The position numbers and the translations under genes are program-made. Below the pieces are notes generated by a model that was not told where the DNA came from, ran no database searches, and was given only the letters and a program-made list of their open reading frames with translations. A stretch of 64,000 bases of DNA from Flavobacteriales bacterium (GTDB taxonomy: Bacteria > Bacteroidota > Bacteroidia > UBA4408): the NCBI GenBank assembly GCA_040383485.1, contig JBEIDK010000002.1, positions 7,766-71,765 on the forward strand. Direction: 5' to 3'. Shown one piece after another: positions 51,221 to 57,735 of this stretch; the stretch's first letter is position 1; each line of letters opens with the position of its first letter.

Positions 51221-51240
51221 AATTAGAAAAATTAATAAAA
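51200..51240 (+). repeat. ~4 units of a degenerate 10-nt repeat (TTAATTCGCG-type) spanning the rmlD stop
   Basis: Units: ttaattcgcg ttaattcgtg aaattagaaa aattaataaa. The TGA stop is at 51218-20, and the repeat ends 5 nt before the rmlB ATG. Confidence 0.7.
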
Positions 51241-51245
51241 TAAAA

Positions 51246-52295
51246 ATGAAAAAAATACTAATCACCGGTGGCGCCGGATTTATTGGATCTCATGTGGTGA
51301 GACGATTTGTGAATCAGTATCCTAATTACCACATCTATAATTTAGATGCCTTGACCTATGCCGGGAATTTAGAAAATATCGCTGATATTGAAAAAGCACC
51401 TAATTATACCTTTGTGAAAGGTAATATTGTTGATGCTCCTTTTATCGACGCCTTATTTGCAGAACATCAGTTTGATGGGGTGTTGCATCTAGCAGCCGAA
51501 TCACACGTGGATCGCTCCATTACTGATCCGTTGGCGTTTGTGAAAACCAATGTAATAGGTACCATGAATTTATTGAATGCCGCTAAAACGATTTGGAAAG
51601 ACAATTTTGAAGGAAAACGTTTTTACCACATCAGTACCGATGAGGTGTATGGAAGTTTAGGTACAGAGGGTTTGTTTACCGAAACAACAGCCTATGATCC
51701 TAATTCACCTTATTCGGCTTCCAAAGCAAGTTCAGATCATTTTGTACGTGCCTATGGTGAAACCTATGGTTTGCCCTATGTAATTACAAATTGTTCAAAC
51801 AATTACGGCCCGTTTCATTTTCCAGAAAAGTTGATTCCTTTGTTCATCAATAATATAATCAATAATAAACCATTACCGGTGTATGGCGATGGAAAATACA
51901 CCCGCGATTGGTTGTTTGTTGAGGATCATGCCGTAGCCATTGATTTGGTTTTTCATGAAGGAAAAAATCATGATACTTACAATATTGGAGGTTTTAACGA
52001 ATGGCAAAACATTGATTTAGTAAAATTATTGTGTCAAATAATGGACGAAAAGTTAGGTCGTGCAGCCGGAACTTCTGCGCAATTGATTACCTATGTGAAA
52101 GACCGTCCCGGTCACGATTTACGTTATGCTATTGATGCCACTAAAATCAATACAGAATTAGGTTGGAAGCCTTCAGTAACCTTTGAAGAAGGTCTAGAAC
52201 GTACTGTAAACTGGTACTTAGACAATCAAAAATGGTTGGATAATGTGACTTCAGGAGCCTATGCGAGTTATTATGAGAAGCAATATTCGAATTAA
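51246..52295 (+). CDS. rmlB: dTDP-glucose 4,6-dehydratase
   Basis: 349 aa. Contains ITGGAGFIGSH, HLAAESHVDRS, STDEVYG and YSASKASSDH. Confidence 0.95.
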   Translation: MKKILITGGAGFIGSHVVRRFVNQYPNYHIYNLDALTYAGNLENIADIEKAPNYTFVKGNIVDAPFIDALFAEHQFDGVLHLAAESHVDRSITDPLAFVKTNVIGTMNLLNAAKTIWKDNFEGKRFYHISTDEVYGSLGTEGLFTETTAYDPNSPYSASKASSDHFVRAYGETYGLPYVITNCSNNYGPFHFPEKLIPLFINNIINNKPLPVYGDGKYTRDWLFVEDHAVAIDLVFHEGKNHDTYNIGGFNEWQNIDLVKLLCQIMDEKLGRAAGTSAQLITYVKDRPGHDLRYAIDATKINTELGWKPSVTFEEGLERTVNWYLDNQKWLDNVTSGAYASYYEKQYSN

Positions 52296-52325
52296 CACGA
52301 ATTACGCGAATTAAACAAATTGAAA
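52283..52325 (+). repeat. ~4 units of a degenerate 9-10-nt repeat (ATTNNNCGA-type) spanning the rmlB stop
   Basis: Units: atattcga attaacacga attacgcga attaaacaa attgaaa. The TAA stop is at 52293-95. Confidence 0.65.
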
Positions 52326-52721
52326 ATGAATGACCCCTACAAAATAATTTATAAAGACGAAAGCTATGCTATTGTTGGTGCTTGTATGAAAGTGCATTGT
52401 GCCTTGGGACCGGGATTTTTGGAAGCAGTGTATGAAGAGGTTTTAGAAAAAGAGTTTCAAGTCCAAAAAATTCCTTACCAACGACAAGTGAAATTAGATT
52501 TGTATTATGAAGGTGAAAAATTGAAAAAGCAATACAGGGCAGATTTTATTTGTTATGATAAAATTATTGTTGAATTAAAAGCAGTTCATCAGATGCCTTC
52601 GGTGTTTTATGCGCAACTGCAGAATTATTTAAAATGCTCAAATATGGAGTTGGGAATGTTGATTAATTTTGGCACACCATCCTTAACTTATAAAAGAATA
52701 GTAAACTCAAAAAATAGATAA
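52326..52721 (+). CDS. GxxExxY-family protein (PD-(D/E)XK-fold small protein)
   Basis: The ATG at 52326 is preferred over the TTG at 52320. Contains the signature [13 protein letters not shown], then ...[18 protein letters not shown]...QLQNYLK...GMLINFG. Confidence 0.8.
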   Translation: MNDPYKIIYKDESYAIVGACMKVHCALGPGFLEAVYEEVLEKEFQVQKIPYQRQVKLDLYYEGEKLKKQYRADFICYDKIIVELKAVHQMPSVFYAQLQNYLKCSNMELGMLINFGTPSLTYKRIVNSKNR

Positions 52722-52764
52722 ATTCGCCAAATTCGCGAAATTAGCGAAATTCGTAAAATTAGAA
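52720..52764 (+). repeat. 5 units of a 9-nt repeat AAATT(C/A)G(C/T)N filling the whole spacer to rmlA
   Basis: Units: aaattcgcc aaattcgcg aaattagcg aaattcgta aaattagaa. The first unit overlaps the TAA stop (52719-21). Confidence 0.8.
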
Positions 52765-52767
52765 CAC

Positions 52768-53628
52768 ATGAAAGGAATTATATTAGCCGGTGGATCCGGA
52801 ACAAGATTACATCCACTTACCTTAGCGGTGAGTAAACAATTAATGCCAGTATACGATAAACCGATGATTTACTATCCTTTATCGGTATTGATGATGGCAG
52901 GCATTCAAGAAATTTTAATTATTTCTACACCACATGATTTACCCCATTTTAAACGTTTGTTAGGAGATGGTAGCAATATTGGTTGTACTTTTTCGTATGC
53001 CGAACAAGCAGTTCCTAACGGATTGGCGCAGGCCTTTGTAATTGGAGAGGAATTTATAGGAAACGATTCTGTAGCTTTAATTTTAGGTGATAATATTTTC
53101 TTTGGTACAAACTTACAAGATTTGTTGGTTTCTAATCAAAATCCAGAAGGTGGAGTAGTATTTGCTTACCACGTTTCCGATCCTGAGCGTTACGGTGTGG
53201 TGGAATTTGATGGCCAATTCAATGCCGTTTCAATTGAAGAAAAACCAACCGAACCTAAATCAAATTATGCGGTACCTGGATTGTATTTTTATGATAATTC
53301 AGTAGTAAACATTGCAAAAAATATTCAACCATCGGCCCGTGGCGAATATGAAATCACCGATGTAAATAAAGTATATTTAAAGCAAGGTAACTTAAAAGTA
53401 GGCGTGCTTAATAGAGGAACAGCTTGGCTAGATACTGGTACTTTTAATAGTTTGATGCAAGCAGGGCAATTTGTACAAGTAATTGAAGAACGTCAAGGAT
53501 TAAAAATTGGTTGTATCGAAGAAATTGCTTGGCGCAAAGGCTTTATTACCAATGAACAATTACTGGAACAAGCCACAATTTTAGAAAAATCGGGTTACGG
53601 ACAATATTTGAAATCGTTGGTGAAGTAA
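52768..53628 (+). CDS. rmlA: glucose-1-phosphate thymidylyltransferase
   Basis: 286 aa. Contains [34 protein letters not shown] and LGDNIF. Confidence 0.95.
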   Translation: MKGIILAGGSGTRLHPLTLAVSKQLMPVYDKPMIYYPLSVLMMAGIQEILIISTPHDLPHFKRLLGDGSNIGCTFSYAEQAVPNGLAQAFVIGEEFIGNDSVALILGDNIFFGTNLQDLLVSNQNPEGGVVFAYHVSDPERYGVVEFDGQFNAVSIEEKPTEPKSNYAVPGLYFYDNSVVNIAKNIQPSARGEYEITDVNKVYLKQGNLKVGVLNRGTAWLDTGTFNSLMQAGQFVQVIEERQGLKIGCIEEIAWRKGFITNEQLLEQATILEKSGYGQYLKSLVK

Positions 53629-53653
53629 ATTTTGTTCTATAGTATAAAAAGTG

Positions 53654-53680
53654 AAGGAGTTTTTTTAGACTCCTTTTTTT
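53654..53680 (+). terminator. rho-independent terminator after rmlA
   Basis: AAGGAGT (53654-60) pairs with ACTCCTT (53669-75) and is followed by a T7 run. This is the first convincing terminator on the + strand since 32.7 kb. Confidence 0.6.
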
Positions 53681-53739
53681 ATGCGTTAACTGTAAATTCA
53701 CTCAGAATTGTAGTAAATCATTTAAGAAAAGTAAAACTT

Positions 53740-54200
53740 ACATGTCTTTAAACCAAGCAAAGCGCCTTTCATACATTACCTTACATGACTTATATGTAAA
53801 AAATTAGCCAATGAGTCAATGTAAAAATAAAACATAGTGAAACTTCGTGAAAACGTTGCGAAACATTGTGTTGCAAAAAGAGTAATGAGTTAAGAGTAAT
53901 GAGTTAGGAGTAATGAGTTAGGAGTAATGAGTGAAAATTTCAAAACTTACTTGTACTCAAAAAAGTGCAGCGCCTTACTTATTATTACCTTATATGACTT
54001 ATATGTTAAAAATTAGCCAATGAGTCAATAAAAATAAAACATTGTGAAGCTTCGTGAAAACGTTGCGAAACATTGTGTTACAAAAAGAGTAATGAGTTAA
54101 GAGTAATGAGTTAAGAGTAACTTACATGTCCTTAAACTAAGCACAGCTACTTCATTACATTACCTTACATGACTTAAATGGTTAAAATTAGCAAATAAAC
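53740..54200 (+). repeat. three tandem copies of the 175-210-nt composite intergenic repeat
   Basis: Cores lie at 53780 (CTTACATGACTTATATG), 53989 (CTTATATGACTTATATG) and 54164 (CTTACATGACTTAAATG). Each carries ...aaaattagccaatgagtcaat...aaaacattgtgaaacttcgtgaaaacgttgcgaaacattgtgttacaaaaagag plus a 14-mer minisatellite. Confidence 0.9.
53879..53934 (+). repeat. 14-nt minisatellite (A/G)GAGTAATGAGTTA x4; second block x2.5 at 54086..54121
   Basis: Units: agagtaatgagtta agagtaatgagtta ggagtaatgagtta ggagtaatgagtga. Copy number differs between adjacent composite copies. Confidence 0.9.
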
Positions 54201-54245
54201 CAATTTGAAGATTTGACCCAAGGCACATCCGAAAGGAGCGAAGCT

Positions 54246-54315
54246 AAACTTGAAACTTGAAACTTGAAACTTGAAACTTGAAACCTGAAACTTGAAACCT
54301 GAAACTTAAAACCAA
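54246..54315 (+). repeat. heptamer tract, ~10 units of AAAC(T/C)TG
   Basis: Units: AAACTTG x5, AAACCTG, AAACTTG, AAACCTG, AAACTTA, AAACCAA. It ends 10 nt from the stop of the convergent minus-strand gene. Confidence 0.9.
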
Positions 54316-54324
54316 ACCTCGCTA

Positions 54325-54873
54325 CTAAAGCTGTAAAATCACTGAAATTCCGCCACGATAAGGCAACCATTCCCCACTTTTATTAAATTTTTGAGCCCTT
54401 TCATAGCGTTCTCCAGTAGTAGCATCATATCCTTTGTAAAAACTTTGCACCGTTCCACCACCTACAAAAGCTTCTAGTGCCATTTTTTCAGAAACAAAAT
54501 AGACATAACCAATACTAGCACCAGCCATGTAATTATATCCTTTTTGATAGTAATTTGTGTCTTCGTAACCATATTTTTGCAATTCAAAAGTACTCCCTCC
54601 AAGATGCGCCCCAACATAAAATCCTTTGTGGTCATTTTTTGGATAGTAACGCAGTTCAGGAGTAACGATTAAAAAACGTAATGGCTTGTCGTTGTAGCTA
54701 TTAAAAACAGAGCCAATAGCATCAACATGAAAAGAGAAGTGCCTATTTATAGGCGTTTCATAGCCTAAAGAGGGAAATCCAAGTAGGGTAGTAGCAGCAT
54801 TAATATGAAATCGATTTTGACCAAAGGTTAGTGTAATAAAACCAATGAATAAAACCAAAAAAAAGCGTTTCAT
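54325..54873 (-). CDS. DUF3575-like outer-membrane beta-barrel protein
   Basis: Track ORF is 54325..54891. The ATG at 54873 gives the signal peptide MKRFFLVLFIGFITLTFGQ. Alternating beta-strand pattern, with ELRYYP and GFYVGAHLGG motifs typical of this Bacteroidota family. Confidence 0.55.
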   Translation of the reverse strand: MKRFFLVLFIGFITLTFGQNRFHINAATTLLGFPSLGYETPINRHFSFHVDAIGSVFNSYNDKPLRFLIVTPELRYYPKNDHKGFYVGAHLGGSTFELQKYGYEDTNYYQKGYNYMAGASIGYVYFVSEKMALEAFVGGGTVQSFYKGYDATTGERYERAQKFNKSGEWLPYRGGISVILQL

Positions 54874-54888
54874 AGAGAAAATTTTATG

Positions 54889-54896
54889 CAAATATA
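54889..54896 (-). promoter_or_regulatory. candidate -7 box TATATTTG
   Basis: The plus strand reads caaatata, 15 nt upstream of the ATG at 54873. Confidence 0.4.
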
Positions 54897-54983
54897 GCTA
54901 ATTTATCGCTAATGAAAGTTAATTATGATTGGATTGTATTCAAAAAAATGCAGTTATTCGTTCGAAAATTCAGAAAAAATGTA

Positions 54984-54991
54984 TAGCTTTG
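54984..54991 (+). promoter_or_regulatory. candidate -7 box TAGCTTTG upstream of capD/pglF-like gene
   Basis: TAnnTTTG match 22 nt upstream of the ATG at 55014. Confidence 0.4.
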
Positions 54992-55013
54992 TTGTCCCCA
55001 TTATAAGGCCAAA

Positions 55014-56903
55014 ATGCAAAAATTATTAAAAAAATACATCAATTTAAAAAAACTAAGTTTTCTTCCCAGTTGGGCTATTTTATTTATAGATATTTTCATA
55101 ACTACTTCTGTATCCTTATTTACCTATATTACATTTAAGTTAATTGGTGTTGTTTTTTATGATACCTATCCTGCAAGCATTAGGTTTTCATTATTTTTAG
55201 GAGTAGTATTTTTTTATTTTCTTTTGTTTAAAACCTATACAGGAATTATTCGTTATTCAAGCCTAAAAGACGCTACACGGCTATCCAAAGCAATTGCTTC
55301 GGCTTTCATCACAGTAGTAGCTATAGATACTTTACACTATATCCTACAAGACAAGCACATATTCGTTTTAATGACGGTGTTTTTCTATTCACTAATTATA
55401 TTATTTGCGTTAATTTCTTTTCGAATTTTCATCAAAACGTTATTTAAATATTTTGCAGGAAGTGAAGAAAAACCCAAAGCAGAAAACCTAGTGATTATTG
55501 GGGTAAATAGTACCACTATAGCGTTAGCCGAGGCATTTGTAAATGACAATTCACAATATAAATTACAATTTTTTATTGATAAAAATAAATTCCTAAACGA
55601 TAAAAAGGTATTGGGGATTCCAGTAATTGCAAAAACCAATTCGATCATAGCTATTTTGCGTTATAACAAAATAAAGCACGTAGTATTGATTAAAAATTTC
55701 TTGCCTGAGAGAGAAGAATTAGATTTGTTAGAAGATTGTTTACGATACAAAATCAATGTTTATAATCCTAAATTAGTCAGTGGATTTGATACAGGGGTTA
55801 ATACTGTAAAGTCATTAAAAAAATATACCATCGAAGAATTAATGTTTCGAGAAACCATTAGTATCGATAATCCAAATGTAATTAATGCATTTACAGCAAA
55901 AACAATTCTAGTAACTGGTGGCGCAGGTTCTATTGGAAGTGAAATTGTAAATCAATTAGCCCAGTTTAATCCTGAACAAATTGTAATTGTAGATCAAGCC
56001 GAAACACCTTTGAATTCCATTCAATTGAATATGTCGGCAGCATTTCCAGAAATTCCTTGTCATTATGAATTAGTGGATGTCACTAATGCAGCTGAAGTAG
56101 CGCAATTATTCCAAAAATTTAAACCACAAATTGTCTTCCATGCGGCGGCTTACAAGCACGTGCCAGTATTAGAAACTAATTTCATGCAGGCGGTTAAAGT
56201 AAATATATTTGGTACGAAGAATGTATTAGATACGGCAATAGCATCTGGAACGCAACGTTTTGTTTTTGTTTCAACAGACAAAGCAGTCAATCCTACCAAT
56301 ATCATGGGCGCTTCTAAACGAATTGCAGAAATCATGGTACAAGCCCGATTTAATACCCAAAGAGGATCACAAAAAATGCAAGTAATTACCACTCGTTTTG
56401 GTAATGTGTTAGGTTCTAATGGTTCGGTAGTTAATTTATTTGAAAAACAAATAAAAGAGGGAGGTCCCATAACGGTTACTCATCCAGAAATTAACCGTTT
56501 CTTTATGACCATTCCTGAAGCTTGTAAATTAGTATTAGAAGCTGGAACCATGGGTGCAGGTGGAGAGATTTATATTTTTGATATGGGTAAACCTATTTTC
56601 ATTAAAGATTTAGCCGAGAAAATGATTCGCTTAAGCGGAAAAGAACCGTATACAGATATTGACATCGTTTACACGGGTTTACGGCCTGGAGAAAAATTAT
56701 ATGAAGAGGTATTGGCAGATTCATCTAAAACCTTGCCTACCTATCATCCAAAAATACTTATAGCGCAAGACCCCGTGTATTGTTATGAAAAAGTGCAAGA
56801 GTTTTTAATGAAGTTAAACAACAATACTTTTGAGAACAAAGCCGCTTTAATTGAAGCATTTACCGAATTAGTGCCCGAATTTATTCAAAACCCACAAGAA
56901 TAG
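55014..56903 (+). CDS. membrane-anchored polysaccharide biosynthesis protein CapD/WbpM/PglF family (UDP-GlcNAc 4,6-dehydratase type)
   Basis: 629 aa. Four N-terminal TM helices, then an SDR domain with VTGGAGSIGSE, AAAYKHVP, STDKAVNPTNIMGASKR and RFGNVLGSNGSV. Confidence 0.85.
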   Translation: MQKLLKKYINLKKLSFLPSWAILFIDIFITTSVSLFTYITFKLIGVVFYDTYPASIRFSLFLGVVFFYFLLFKTYTGIIRYSSLKDATRLSKAIASAFITVVAIDTLHYILQDKHIFVLMTVFFYSLIILFALISFRIFIKTLFKYFAGSEEKPKAENLVIIGVNSTTIALAEAFVNDNSQYKLQFFIDKNKFLNDKKVLGIPVIAKTNSIIAILRYNKIKHVVLIKNFLPEREELDLLEDCLRYKINVYNPKLVSGFDTGVNTVKSLKKYTIEELMFRETISIDNPNVINAFTAKTILVTGGAGSIGSEIVNQLAQFNPEQIVIVDQAETPLNSIQLNMSAAFPEIPCHYELVDVTNAAEVAQLFQKFKPQIVFHAAAYKHVPVLETNFMQAVKVNIFGTKNVLDTAIASGTQRFVFVSTDKAVNPTNIMGASKRIAEIMVQARFNTQRGSQKMQVITTRFGNVLGSNGSVVNLFEKQIKEGGPITVTHPEINRFFMTIPEACKLVLEAGTMGAGGEIYIFDMGKPIFIKDLAEKMIRLSGKEPYTDIDIVYTGLRPGEKLYEEVLADSSKTLPTYHPKILIAQDPVYCYEKVQEFLMKLNNNTFENKAALIEAFTELVPEFIQNPQE

Positions 56904-56918
56904 CAAGGCAAAAAGGAT

Positions 56919-57467
56919 ATGGAACTATTGGTTGGAGGTTTAGTAGGTATACTAGTGTTAGTTTTCATAACCGCAATAGATACCCAGTCTAATGGTTTTT
57001 TTAAACAAGAACGCATAGGACAATATGGTAAGCCATTTCTAATTTATAAATTGAGAACGTTACACTTACAAACCTGTAAAATATCGGTATGGGGTAAGTT
57101 GTTACGCACTTCTAAATTAGACGAAATGCCTCAATTCCTTAACATCTTAAAAGGCGAAATGACCTTAGTGGGTCCGCGCCCCGATGTGTCTGGATATGCC
57201 GATTTACTGCAAGGCGAAGACCGTATTATTTTAACGTTAAAACCGGGCATCACCGGCTTAGCTTCCTTAAAATACCGTAACGAAGAACAGCTTTTAGCCC
57301 TGCAACCCAATCCCCAACACTACAACGATGAGGTCATCTGGCCCGATAAAGTAAGAATTAATAAATGGTATGCCCAAAACCGCACATTGGTAATGGACTT
57401 ACAAATTCTTTTTTACACCCTAGTTCCTATACATTTTGATGTAGATTCTTTTATGGGTGATAGGTAA
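56919..57467 (+). CDS. second PglC-type phosphoglycosyl transferase, N-terminally short (possibly truncated or frameshifted)
   Basis: 182 aa. Contains FFKQERIGQYGKPFLIYKLRTL, the catalytic LDEMPQF and GPRPDV. It lacks the N-terminal K/R-x-x-D segment. An in-frame stop lies 18 nt upstream, so the ORF cannot be extended. Confidence 0.7.
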   Translation: MELLVGGLVGILVLVFITAIDTQSNGFFKQERIGQYGKPFLIYKLRTLHLQTCKISVWGKLLRTSKLDEMPQFLNILKGEMTLVGPRPDVSGYADLLQGEDRIILTLKPGITGLASLKYRNEEQLLALQPNPQHYNDEVIWPDKVRINKWYAQNRTLVMDLQILFYTLVPIHFDVDSFMGDR

Positions 57468-57487
57468 TAGGTAATAGGTAAAGGGAG
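57460..57487 (+). repeat. heptamer ATAGGTA x3-4 overlapping the stop codon
   Basis: Units: ataggta ataggta ataggta aagggag. The TAA stop is at 57465-67. Confidence 0.75.
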
Positions 57488-57502
57488 TAAAAGTTCATAA
57501 CA

Positions 57503-57606
57503 CCCCATTGCTACATTGTCACATTGACTCATTGTCTAATTGCCACATTATCTAATTGTCACATTGACAAATTGACTCATTGTCTAATTGCCACATTGAC
57601 TCATTA
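57503..57606 (-). repeat. 13-unit octamer array in inverted orientation (NNNCATTG on the plus strand)
   Basis: Units: ccccattg ctacattg tcacattg actcattg tctaattg ccacatta tctaattg tcacattg acaaattg actcattg tctaattg ccacattg actcatta. This is the reverse complement of the CAAT octamers seen elsewhere. Confidence 0.9.
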
Positions 57607-57735
57607 ATTTTTCATCGATTAATTTAACTTTTTATCGAAAATAATACAAAAATAAAGTTAACATTTTGTAACATTGTAAAATAACATGAATAAAATTTAG
57701 AATTCCTCTACATTTTTTAAAGAAAAATTACATTT

